Shown here one piece after another: positions 53,373 through 62,823 of a stretch of 64,000 nucleotides of DNA; position 1 is the stretch's first letter, and every line of letters starts with the position of its first letter. The DNA is from an uncultured Marinifilum sp. (GTDB lineage: Bacteria > Bacteroidota > Bacteroidia > Bacteroidales > Marinifilaceae), in assembly GCA_963677195.1 (NCBI GenBank), contig OY781918.1, forward strand, positions 420,923-484,922, written 5' to 3'. The position numbers and the translations under genes are program-made. Under the pieces are notes generated by a model that was not told the origin of the DNA, searched no databases, and saw nothing but the letters and a program-made list of their open reading frames with translations.

Positions 53373-56300
53373 TTAAAATTCAACATTAACACCCATCATA
53401 AAGGTTCTTGGAACCGGGTAACGACCATTATCAACGCCCATAAGAAGAGAGTTTTGGTTGTAAGCACCAATTTCAGGATCGTAACCAGAGTAATCGGTAA
53501 ATGTGTACAAATTCTGTACAGTAGCATATACTCTAAGCTTGTTAACGAAAGACAATCTTGCTAATTGATTTTTATCGAAAGTATAAGCCAGAGTTACGTT
53601 TTGAATTTTCAGGAATGAACCATCTTCAATAAAACGATCGGATACTCTACTATTATTATTTGGATCGCCAAAAGCGAAACGAGGAATATCGGTATCTTCG
53701 TTTACTCCAGCCACAAATCGGTTCGATACAGACTGAGCCTGATTACCTGTAACCTCTTTCATTCCTTCTGTTAACTTACGAGTCCAGTTATAAATATCAT
53801 TCCCTTGAGAACCTTGTAAGGTTAAGGAAAAATCGAAGTTTTTGTAGGAAATTTCATTTGAGATACTGTAGGTAAAATCAGGATGTGGATTTCCAATATA
53901 GGTACGGTCTGCATCATCAATCTTACCATCTTCGTTAAGATCTTTAAACTTAATATCGCCAACCCAAACACCATTTTCTTCTCCTATATCTCCCTGCGAT
54001 GCACTTGCATACAAATCGGCTTCATCTTTAAATATTCCATCAACCTGATATCCATAAAACTGTCCAACCGCTTTACCTTCGGCAGTTTTGGTTAATGTAT
54101 TGTTAAACTCAAAAGTCTGGAATATTGCTCCCTCATCGCTGTTCATGCTAATCAACTCATTTTTATAAGTAGAAAATACAAATGTTGATGACCAGGTAAA
54201 GTTTGGTTTGGTAATGTTTCTGGTTGTTAAAGAAATATCGATTCCTTTATTTTCCATTTCGCCAAGATTTACCATTGGAGGTGTTAATCCCATATAAGAT
54301 GCTGAATTCATTGCTCCTAAATAACTTGGAAGAGGCTGAGAAAATAAGAAATCTTTTGATGTTTTTTTATAAACATCAACATCTAGTTTTATTTTATTAT
54401 CTAAAAACCCAAGTTCTAAACCAATATTAGTAGATCTTGTTGATTCCCATTTTACATCAGGATTTGCAATATTAGCCTGAGAAAAACCAGTTCCATAAAC
54501 GGTAGTAATACTTCTAAGACTAGCGCCATAAGAATATCCACCTATATCCTGGTTTCCTACTTCACCGTATCCTGCACGTAATTTTGCATAGTTTACAATA
54601 TCTGCATATTTCTCCATAAATGGCTCTTTGGTTACAACCCAAGCCCCCGAGAACGAAGGAAAATATCCCCATCGGTTGTTCTCGCCAAAATTGGAAGAAG
54701 CATCGGCACGTAATGTTGCAGTTAGTAAATATTTTCCATCGAAACTATAGTTAAAACGACCAAAATACGATTCGATATTGTGAGTTCCCTGCCAACTACC
54801 ATTGGTTGCCGTTAAGGCATCTCCAGCATTTAAAGCAGTAATATCGTTGGTTAAGAATCCTGTTCTGGCTCCTGTTAAACCTTCCCACTTAGACTCTTGT
54901 GCTTCATGACCAGCCATTAGATTAATGGAATGCTTATCGAATGATTTCAGATAATTTAAATAATTCTTTAATACCCAGAAAAAACTATCGTTACTGGTTT
55001 TTGAAGAAGTACTAATTTCGTTAGTTTCACTACCAATTTCGTAAGTAGGATTAAACACACTTGTCTTATTTAAATTGAAATCGTAACCAATCTCACTTCT
55101 AAAAGTCAAACCTTCGGCTAAACTTAAATCAACAAAGAAATTTCCATTGATTTTGTATCGCTCTAATTCACTGTTTCTGATTTCTGACCATGCAACTGGA
55201 TTTCTTCCGTTTCCCGATCCGATACCATCGGATGGTCCACCCCAACTTCCGTCTGAATATCGTACAGGAATGTTTGGCGATTGTCTAAGAGCAGAACTAA
55301 TTACACCAGATTCATCGTCATTCAAAGTAATGTGTTCTTTGGAATTACTCATAGAAACATTATTTCCTACCTTAATCCAATCATTTACCTTATGATCTAA
55401 ATTTAAACGCATTGAGAATCTGCGAAAATCAGAGTTTATAACAATTCCTTCCTGATCGAAGTATCCTAAAGAAGTATAAAACGTAGTTTTATCGTTACCT
55501 CCTGATACCGAAATCTGATGATTTTGAACTGGTGCAGAACGGAAAATCTCTTTCTGCCAATCGGTTCCTTTACCTAATAATTCTGGATTTTGGAACTCGA
55601 AAGGAACATTCTTTCCCTGACTTGTTAATACATCTGCATAATATTCTGCATATTCCTGCAAGTTCATTACATCCACGTAATCAGCAATTTGCTGCACTCC
55701 ATAATAAGCTTCGTAGGATACTTTTGATTTTCCTTTTTTACCACCTTTGGTTGTAATGATAACAACCCCATTTGCACCTCGAGAACCATAAATAGCAGAA
55801 GCCGATGCATCTTTCAATACTTCGATAGATTCAATATCGGAAGGATTAATACTTGAAAGTGCACTTACCTTGGTTTGACCATTTCCTCCACCTAATGATG
55901 AAAATGTATATGAATCGTTATTAGAATTACCTTGTAAAGGTACACCATCAATAACGTAAAGAGGCTCGTTATTTCCTGTTAAGGAAGTAATACCGCGAAC
56001 ACGTAGAGAAACACCTCCACCCGGAGCTCCTGAGTTTTGAGTAACAGTAACACCGGCAACACGTCCCTGTAATGCCTGATCTACCCCTGCAAATGGCTGA
56101 TCTTCCATTGTTTCACCCTTAACAGAAACAACCGATCCGGTAAGGTCACTTTTTTTCATAACACCATAACCTACAGCAACTACCTCGTTCAAACCAATAC
56201 TTGATTCTGATAGTTCAACATCTATTATTGCTTTGTTTGCAACAATTTCGAATGTTTCGAAACCAATAAAGGAAAACACAAGAGTTCCATTATTAGATAG

Positions 56301-56489
56301 AGAAATACTATAGTTACCATCCATATCGGTAGTGGTTCCGTTAGTAGTTCCTTTTTCGATTACAGTAACACCCGGCAGGGCATCCCGAGTGTCTTTTACA
56401 ATTACTTTACCCGACACTACCTGTTGTTGCGAATAAGCTGTAAAGCTTAAAACAAGCATTAGGAGTACTAAATTAAGTCTTCTTTTCAT
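53373..56489 (-). CDS. SusC/RagA family TonB-linked outer-membrane transporter
   Basis: A 1038-aa ORF with a CarboxypepD_reg-like N-domain (VSGKVIVKDTRDALPGVTVIEKGTTNGTTTDMDGNY) and a plug (VVAVGYGVMKKSDLTGSVVSV, VIITTKGGKKG). It ends in a terminal F. Confidence 0.95.
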   Translation of the reverse strand: MKRRLNLVLLMLVLSFTAYSQQQVVSGKVIVKDTRDALPGVTVIEKGTTNGTTTDMDGNYSISLSNNGTLVFSFIGFETFEIVANKAIIDVELSESSIGLNEVVAVGYGVMKKSDLTGSVVSVKGETMEDQPFAGVDQALQGRVAGVTVTQNSGAPGGGVSLRVRGITSLTGNNEPLYVIDGVPLQGNSNNDSYTFSSLGGGNGQTKVSALSSINPSDIESIEVLKDASASAIYGSRGANGVVIITTKGGKKGKSKVSYEAYYGVQQIADYVDVMNLQEYAEYYADVLTSQGKNVPFEFQNPELLGKGTDWQKEIFRSAPVQNHQISVSGGNDKTTFYTSLGYFDQEGIVINSDFRRFSMRLNLDHKVNDWIKVGNNVSMSNSKEHITLNDDESGVISSALRQSPNIPVRYSDGSWGGPSDGIGSGNGRNPVAWSEIRNSELERYKINGNFFVDLSLAEGLTFRSEIGYDFNLNKTSVFNPTYEIGSETNEISTSSKTSNDSFFWVLKNYLNYLKSFDKHSINLMAGHEAQESKWEGLTGARTGFLTNDITALNAGDALTATNGSWQGTHNIESYFGRFNYSFDGKYLLTATLRADASSNFGENNRWGYFPSFSGAWVVTKEPFMEKYADIVNYAKLRAGYGEVGNQDIGGYSYGASLRSITTVYGTGFSQANIANPDVKWESTRSTNIGLELGFLDNKIKLDVDVYKKTSKDFLFSQPLPSYLGAMNSASYMGLTPPMVNLGEMENKGIDISLTTRNITKPNFTWSSTFVFSTYKNELISMNSDEGAIFQTFEFNNTLTKTAEGKAVGQFYGYQVDGIFKDEADLYASASQGDIGEENGVWVGDIKFKDLNEDGKIDDADRTYIGNPHPDFTYSISNEISYKNFDFSLTLQGSQGNDIYNWTRKLTEGMKEVTGNQAQSVSNRFVAGVNEDTDIPRFAFGDPNNNSRVSDRFIEDGSFLKIQNVTLAYTFDKNQLARLSFVNKLRVYATVQNLYTFTDYSGYDPEIGAYNQNSLLMGVDNGRYPVPRTFMMGVNVEF

Positions 56490-57148
56490 TGTTTAGTAAT
56501 TAGATTAGAATAGGAATATTGAAATCATTTCAACATTTTACAGTTAACAAATTCTGATTTTTGCTAATTTTAAATAATACATTGCATTAATTCAAACCTT
56601 TGCATAAAGCAGAATTTTCTTGTACCGCAATTTTAGTTATTCCTATTTTTTTCGAAGTTTAAAATATTCCAAAGAAGGTTTAATTTCTTCCAAGATACTT
56701 TAAGTCAGCATATTATTACATAAAATAAATACACATCTCAAATCTTGATAATTTCGGAATTCGTATAATTTAGAAAGAAAAAACAGTTTATAAATAAAAA
56801 ACGGCAAATACTCTCAGCGAATAATTTACCGTTTTTGCTTTACATATAAATAGAAAAAAAATCTTATTATATTTCAAATTAAAATTATCGATTCTATTAC
56901 CAATACTAGTTTTAGAAATGCACAAAAATAAGGTTCTTATGTATATCCTAATTAACCAACAAAAAGCCTATAAGTTTATATAAAAAGACAATTACATTAA
57001 TTTTTATTGCATAAGAAGTTTTAATTATACTCGGCAATTATTTATGAACTTTAGCAATTGTCCTAATTCCAATACTGCTAAAACAGAATATTAAAGCATC
57101 CTTATTAAAAATGAATCTAAATAATTTTAATAATCTGATCTTTTTAAT

Positions 57149-57156
57149 TAGGTTTG
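57149..57156 (+). promoter_or_regulatory. Candidate -7 box (TAGGTTTG) for the acyl-CoA dehydrogenase / mevalonate operon
   Basis: TAnnTTTG lies 51 nt upstream of the ATG at 57207. Confidence 0.4.
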
Positions 57157-57206
57157 CGATTTAATTTAAGACTTTATTGTCTTAATATATAAATTAAAGA
57201 AAAATA

Positions 57207-58352
57207 ATGAATCCATATACAACAGCAGAACATAAAATAATTCGCAAAAAAGTAAAAGAATTTGCCCAAAAAGAAGTAAAACCTTTGGCTTTTGAATTAG
57301 ATAAAGAAGAAAAATTTAGTTCCCACTTAACTAAGAGAATGGGTGAATTGGGTTTGTTTGGAATGTTTTTACCTAAGAAATATGGCGGACAAGAAAAAGA
57401 TTATTTGTCCTTACTGATAGCCATTGAGGAAATTGCAAAAGTTGATGCTTCTCAAGCCTCAACACTTGCAGCTCATAACTCATTGGGAATTGGCCCAATT
57501 TACAATTTCGGATCCCAAGAGCAAAAACAAAAATACCTACCCAAATTAACAACAGGAGAAAATGTTTGGGCATTTGGATTAACAGAAGAAAATGCAGGCT
57601 CAGATTCTCGGGGAACCGAATCAAAAGCTATTTTAAAAGATGAGAATTGGCATATCAGCGGAAGTAAAAAATTTATTTCGAATGCTTCTTCCGAATTATC
57701 ATTAGGCCTTACCTTGCAAGTTGTAACAGCAAATAATAATGGAAAAAAGGAATTATCTGCTATATTAGTAGAACGAAGTACAAATGGATTTAGTGCTAAA
57801 CCAATTAAAGATAAAATGATGTGGCGGGCTTCGGATACGGCTCAGTTAACTTTTAAAAACTGTAAAGTCCCAAAAGATAATCTGTTGGGTAATTTGGGTG
57901 AAGGATCAAAAATTATGCTCCAAACTCTGGACTCTGGTCGATTAACAATTGCAGCAATGGGACTAGGTTTAGCGCAGGGAGCTTACGAAATGGCTTTATC
58001 CTACTCAAAAAAAAGAGAACAATTTGGTAAAGCTATCTCAAAATTTCAGGCCATAAGCTTTAAATTGGCTGATATGTCCACAAAAATTGAAGCAGCCCGA
58101 CATTTACTGTATCAAGCTTGTTGGCTAAAAGATAATGGATATTCATTTGGTAAAGAGGCTGCCATGGCTAAGTTATATTGCTCGGAAGTGGCTCAGGAAG
58201 TAGCCAACGAAGCAGTTCAAATTCACGGTGCACATGGCTTAATTAAGAAATCGGAAGTTGAACGATTCTATCGCGATCAACGAATACTACAAATAGGTGA
58301 AGGAACATCAGAAATTCTTAGACTGGTGATTTCAAGACATATTGGTTGTTAA
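57207..58352 (+). CDS. Acyl-CoA dehydrogenase (short/medium-chain type)
   Basis: A 381-aa ORF with GLTEENAGSDS and the C-terminal YRDQRILQIGEGTSEI. The Glu in GEGTSE occupies the catalytic-base position of SCAD/MCAD-type enzymes. Confidence 0.88.
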   Translation: MNPYTTAEHKIIRKKVKEFAQKEVKPLAFELDKEEKFSSHLTKRMGELGLFGMFLPKKYGGQEKDYLSLLIAIEEIAKVDASQASTLAAHNSLGIGPIYNFGSQEQKQKYLPKLTTGENVWAFGLTEENAGSDSRGTESKAILKDENWHISGSKKFISNASSELSLGLTLQVVTANNNGKKELSAILVERSTNGFSAKPIKDKMMWRASDTAQLTFKNCKVPKDNLLGNLGEGSKIMLQTLDSGRLTIAAMGLGLAQGAYEMALSYSKKREQFGKAISKFQAISFKLADMSTKIEAARHLLYQACWLKDNGYSFGKEAAMAKLYCSEVAQEVANEAVQIHGAHGLIKKSEVERFYRDQRILQIGEGTSEILRLVISRHIGC

Positions 58353-58361
58353 TTAAAAAAT

Positions 58362-59357
58362 ATGACAGACAGAAAGAAGGATCACATTGAATTGGCTTTT
58401 CGTTCTCAAATGAAGAACGCCTTAGCGGATGATAGATTTTATTACGAGCCAATGCTAAATTCTCATCCAAACGAAGAGGATACAAGTTTTACTTTTTTAG
58501 GTAAAAATTTACAAACTCCAATTTGGGTTTCAAGCATGACAGGAGGAACCGAACTAGCTGGTAAAATCAATAGGAATTTGGCTCGTGCCTGTGCCGAATT
58601 TGGTATGGGAATGGGTTTGGGTTCTTGTCGATCTATTTTAGATAGTGATGAGCATTTTTCTGATTTTGATGTTCGATCGATATTGGGAGATGATTTACCT
58701 TTGTATGCCAATCTAGGCATCTGCCAGATAGAAGAATTAATTCGAAATAAAAAAATAAGCAAAATTATTAGTTTAGTTGGCCGTTTGCGTGCTGATGGAT
58801 TAATTATTCATGTAAATCCAATGCAAGAATTCTTGCAAACAGAAGGCGATAGCATAAGTCAAGCCCCAATAGAGAGCATAGAATATTTACTCGACGAGCT
58901 TGATATTCCAATTATAGTAAAAGAAGTTGGACAAGGAATAGGTCCCGAAAGTTTAAGAGCTTTATTGCATCTTCCTCTTCAGGCAATCGAATTTGCTGCT
59001 TTTGGAGGAACTAATTTTGCAAAAATAGAATTATTGCGTAAACCTGATTCTCAGCCTCAACTATTCGATCCTTTAGCTAAAATTGGACATTCGGCTAATC
59101 AAATGATAATTTGGCTAAATGAAATTATTGCTAGCGATAATCAGGTAAAATGTAAGGAAATAATTGTTTCTGGAGGAATTCAAAATTTTCTGGATGGATA
59201 TTATTTAATGGAAAAATCGAAGCTTCCGGCAATTTACGGACAAGCATCGGTCTTATTAAAATATGCAAAAGAATCTTATGAAGAATTAAGAACATATATC
59301 GAATCGCAAAGAAAAGGATTACTAGTCTCAAAAAAATTTTTACGCATTAAAAGATAA
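58362..59357 (+). CDS. fni: Type 2 (FMN-dependent) isopentenyl-diphosphate delta-isomerase
   Basis: A 331-aa ORF with N-terminal RKKDHIELA, SSMTGG, and VKEVGQGI, the TIM-barrel FMN site. Confidence 0.9.
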   Translation: MTDRKKDHIELAFRSQMKNALADDRFYYEPMLNSHPNEEDTSFTFLGKNLQTPIWVSSMTGGTELAGKINRNLARACAEFGMGMGLGSCRSILDSDEHFSDFDVRSILGDDLPLYANLGICQIEELIRNKKISKIISLVGRLRADGLIIHVNPMQEFLQTEGDSISQAPIESIEYLLDELDIPIIVKEVGQGIGPESLRALLHLPLQAIEFAAFGGTNFAKIELLRKPDSQPQLFDPLAKIGHSANQMIIWLNEIIASDNQVKCKEIIVSGGIQNFLDGYYLMEKSKLPAIYGQASVLLKYAKESYEELRTYIESQRKGLLVSKKFLRIKR

Positions 59358-59484
59358 AAGTTTGACCTAAAAAATCATTTGTTTTTTGGGACATCTATAT
59401 AAAAAATATAATTTAGGACTTTCGGATACTATATTATTTTATTGATTGTTTTTAAATCAGTAAATAGATTAAGATGAAAAAGAT

Positions 59485-60816
59485 ATGAAGCGAAGAGCAA
59501 TTATTTCAGGTTTTTCTAAATTATCTCGTGAAGAGAAAATGGAAAAAGTAGGCGAATTAACAGGCAGCGCAAAACAAATTAAATCTAAACTTGATAGTTT
59601 TCGTCTGCAAGATAAAGAACAACAAAATTTGTTAGATGAGATTAGTGAAAATACTCTTTCTAATTACTATCTTCCTTTTGGTGTTGCACCTAATTTTTTA
59701 ATTAACAACCACTTGTATCACATTCCAATGGTTATTGAGGAAAGCTCTGTTATAGCGGCAGCATCTCGATCGGCAAAATTCTGGGCCAATCATGGCGGAT
59801 TTAATGCACGTGTTGTTTCGTTTGTAAAATCGGGACAAGTACATTTTATTTGGAAAGGCGAGTCGAATAAACTAAATAATTTACTACCTGAATTAAAATT
59901 TGAACTATATCGGGCAAGCAAAGAGTTAACAAAAAATATGCGCCAAAGAGGTGGAGGTATTCAAGGAATAAAATTGCTTAATCTTTCCGATAAAATGGAA
60001 AATTACTATCAACTGCATGTTACTTTCGATACGGCAGATTCGATGGGTGCTAATTTTATTAATTCATGTCTGGAGAAAATGGCCCAGCAAATGAAACGTT
60101 TCTTTAAAAATTACGAAGGCCTTTCGAATACTGAACGGGAATGTGAAATAATTATGTCTATTCTTTCAAATTACACTCCCGATTGTATTGTGGAGTGTTC
60201 GGTAGAATGCAGTTTGGATGAATTAAATGACATACATCCCGGAATTACAGGAAAGGAGTTTGCAAATAAATTTCAAAAAGCCTCTAAAATTGCAGAACTG
60301 GATGTTTACAGAGCTGCAACTCATAATAAAGGAATATTTAATGGTGTTGATGCTGTAGCTTTGGCAACCGGAAATGATTTTCGTGCAATTGAAGCAAACG
60401 GACATGTTTATGCCTCTAAAACCGGTAAATATAAAAGCTTAACACAAGCTAATATATCTCATAATAGATTTCATTACCAATTAAAAATGCCACTTTCTTT
60501 AGGAACAGTAGGTGGCTTAACAAGCTTGCATCCTTTGGCAAAATTTGGCCTTGAATTACTAGGAAAACCTTCGGCAAAAGAACTTATGATGATTACGGCT
60601 GCTGCCGGATTAGCCAATAATTTTGGAGCCATAAGATCTTTGGTAACAACAGGAATTCAGCAAGGACACATGAAAATGCATTTATCGAATCTGCTAAATA
60701 ACTTAAAAGCAGATTATAAAGAAAAAAAGCAAGCCTTGGAATATTTTACCCATAAAACAATTTCGCACAGCGAGGTAGAAGCCTTTATAAAATCACTTAG
60801 AACTAAGCTACAGTAA
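59485..60816 (+). CDS. mvaA: Class II hydroxymethylglutaryl-CoA reductase
   Basis: A 443-aa ORF with EESSVIAAASRSAK, DSMGANFIN, GTVGG and HMKMHL, which are class II HMGR signatures. Confidence 0.9.
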   Translation: MKRRAIISGFSKLSREEKMEKVGELTGSAKQIKSKLDSFRLQDKEQQNLLDEISENTLSNYYLPFGVAPNFLINNHLYHIPMVIEESSVIAAASRSAKFWANHGGFNARVVSFVKSGQVHFIWKGESNKLNNLLPELKFELYRASKELTKNMRQRGGGIQGIKLLNLSDKMENYYQLHVTFDTADSMGANFINSCLEKMAQQMKRFFKNYEGLSNTERECEIIMSILSNYTPDCIVECSVECSLDELNDIHPGITGKEFANKFQKASKIAELDVYRAATHNKGIFNGVDAVALATGNDFRAIEANGHVYASKTGKYKSLTQANISHNRFHYQLKMPLSLGTVGGLTSLHPLAKFGLELLGKPSAKELMMITAAAGLANNFGAIRSLVTTGIQQGHMKMHLSNLLNNLKADYKEKKQALEYFTHKTISHSEVEAFIKSLRTKLQ

Positions 60817-60819
60817 AAT

Positions 60820-61746
60820 TTGAAACCTATACACAAATATTATTCGAATGCTAAACTTCTGCTTACAGGTGAATACCTTGTTTTGCATGGAGCTTTAGCG
60901 CTTGCTATTCCTTTAAAATACGGACAAGTATTGGAAGTTTTCGAATCCGAGCAATCGGATTTAAAATGGTTGGCTTATGAGAAAAAAAAATTATGGTTGA
61001 ATTTTTCAATTTCACATCAAGAGATTAAAAATCAGACCAGCGAGGGAGAAACTGAAAAAGATTTTGTTTGCTTTCTTCTAAATAGAGCCATAAGTTTAAA
61101 TCCTTCTTTTTTAAAAAACTGGAAGCTAAAAATACGAACGGAAATCGATTTTGATCGAAACTGGGGCTTGGGCAGTAGTTCTACTTTAATAAATAATGTA
61201 GCCAAATGGGCAGAAGTTAATCCTTACGAATTACACTCTCTGGTTTCTAATGGGTCTGGTTTTGATATTGCATGTGCAAATAACCGCAAACCCATTTTGT
61301 TTCGTCGAAATGGAAATTATCCTTTAATATATCCTATTGATTTTTCTCCTCAATTTAAAGATCAGATATACTTTGTTTATTTAGGAAAGAAACAAAAAAG
61401 CACAGATTCGGTTCATGCTTTTTTAAAGGGTAAAACTTGTAAAATTGAATATATCAATAAAATAACTCAACTAAGTAAAGATATTTTGACTACTAAAAAT
61501 GCAGATGAATTCGATCGTTTAATTACAAAACATGAGCTTTTAATATCTGAATTATTGGGGCAAAAATGTGTTAAAGAAAACTTATTTCCCGATTTTAATG
61601 GTTCTGTAAAATCACTCGGAGCCTGGGGAGGAGATTTTGTTATGATACGAAGTTCTTTGAGCAAAATCGATATACATTCTTATTTTTATAAAGCGGGACT
61701 AAGTACAATAATATCCTGGAAAGAAATGATACTAAGCACAAACTAA
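60820..61746 (+). CDS. GHMP kinase of the GYDIA type (candidate phosphomevalonate kinase substitute)
   Basis: A 308-aa ORF with a TTG start 1 nt after the HMGR stop. It has GEYLVLHGALALAIP, GLGSSSTLINN (GHMP motif II) and GSGFDIACA, a variant of the GYDIA motif. Confidence 0.75.
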   Translation: MKPIHKYYSNAKLLLTGEYLVLHGALALAIPLKYGQVLEVFESEQSDLKWLAYEKKKLWLNFSISHQEIKNQTSEGETEKDFVCFLLNRAISLNPSFLKNWKLKIRTEIDFDRNWGLGSSSTLINNVAKWAEVNPYELHSLVSNGSGFDIACANNRKPILFRRNGNYPLIYPIDFSPQFKDQIYFVYLGKKQKSTDSVHAFLKGKTCKIEYINKITQLSKDILTTKNADEFDRLITKHELLISELLGQKCVKENLFPDFNGSVKSLGAWGGDFVMIRSSLSKIDIHSYFYKAGLSTIISWKEMILSTN

Positions 61747-61761
61747 ATAATTACTTACTAA

Positions 61762-62817
61762 ATGATGATAGATAGTTCAAATTCAGGATCTGTAAGTTGG
61801 AAAAGTCCTTCAAATATTGCTTTAATTAAATATTGGGGCAAGAAAGGAAATCAATTGCCTTGTAATCCTTCAATAAGTATGAGCTTACAAAATTCTCTTT
61901 CACAAACAAAACTAAGCTATAAACCAAAAACTAAAGGAAATCAGTTAAGCTTTTTGTTCGAAGGAAAGAGACAAATAGCTTTTGAACAGCGCATTGCAAA
62001 GTTTTTTGAGAACTTGTCCGATCATTTTCAATTTCTAAACGATTTTCAATTTTCTATTTCTTCTGAAAATACATTTCCACATTCTGCTGGTATTGCCAGT
62101 TCGGCATCGGCAATGAGTTCTTTAGCTCTTTGTTTATGTAGCATGGAAGAAGCAGTAATGGGTGCAAAAATGAATGAAGCTACGTTTTACCAAAAAGCCA
62201 GCACCATTGCCCGATTAGGCTCTGGAAGTGCATCTCGATCTGTTTATGGTGGTTTTGTAGCTTGGGGTAAAAGCAATTCTTTTTCCAACTCTTTTAATGA
62301 GTATGCAGTTCCTTTTTCGCAATATACACATCCTGTTTTTCAGGATTATCAGGATACAATTTTGCTGGTTAGTTCTAAAAAGAAGGAAATCTCTAGTTCG
62401 GTAGGACATCAATTAATGAATAATCATCCTTATGCATCGTCTCGTTTTGCTCAGGCAAATACAAATTTTGATAGAATGTTGGCTGTATTGCAATCGGGTA
62501 ATCTAGACGAATTTATCGAGATTATGGAAAATGAAGCATTAAGCCTGCATGCTTTAATGATGAATTCGACACCTTCCTACACTTTACTAAAACCAAATAC
62601 ACTTGAATTAATCGAAAGAATTAAATCTTTTCGTTTAAGCACTAAGCTTCCTATTGGCTTTACTTTAGATGCAGGACCTAATATACATTTACTATATCCT
62701 AAATCGGAAAAGGAAAAAATATTGCCCTTTATCGATTCTGAATTAAGTCTGTTTCTTGAAAATGGAAAATACATTATTGATAAATCAGGAGAAGGACCAA
62801 AAAAACTAAAAATTTAA
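61762..62817 (+). CDS. mvaD: Diphosphomevalonate decarboxylase
   Basis: A 351-aa ORF with SPSNIALIKYWGKK, HSAGIASSASAMS, GSGSASRS and TLDAGPN. Confidence 0.9.
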   Translation: MMIDSSNSGSVSWKSPSNIALIKYWGKKGNQLPCNPSISMSLQNSLSQTKLSYKPKTKGNQLSFLFEGKRQIAFEQRIAKFFENLSDHFQFLNDFQFSISSENTFPHSAGIASSASAMSSLALCLCSMEEAVMGAKMNEATFYQKASTIARLGSGSASRSVYGGFVAWGKSNSFSNSFNEYAVPFSQYTHPVFQDYQDTILLVSSKKKEISSSVGHQLMNNHPYASSRFAQANTNFDRMLAVLQSGNLDEFIEIMENEALSLHALMMNSTPSYTLLKPNTLELIERIKSFRLSTKLPIGFTLDAGPNIHLLYPKSEKEKILPFIDSELSLFLENGKYIIDKSGEGPKKLKI

Positions 62818-62823
62818 AGAACA

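Noticed and set aside
56690-56750. CAAGATACTT (about 56691) and ATCTTGATAA (about 56741) upstream of the xylan susC as further copies of the mannan-PUL CTTG heptad motif.
   Set aside because: These are single isolated 8-10-mers with no 7-nt register or tandem structure, in an AT-rich 717-bp region. They are too weak to distinguish from chance without a genome-wide count.
57207-58352. The acyl-CoA dehydrogenase as isovaleryl-CoA dehydrogenase, feeding a leucine to HMG-CoA to mevalonate shunt.
   Set aside because: The C-terminal motif is IGEGTSE, with the Glu at the SCAD/MCAD catalytic-base position. Isovaleryl-CoA dehydrogenases as I recall them have GAGTSE there, with the base elsewhere. No methylcrotonyl-CoA carboxylase or methylglutaconyl-CoA hydratase genes lie nearby.
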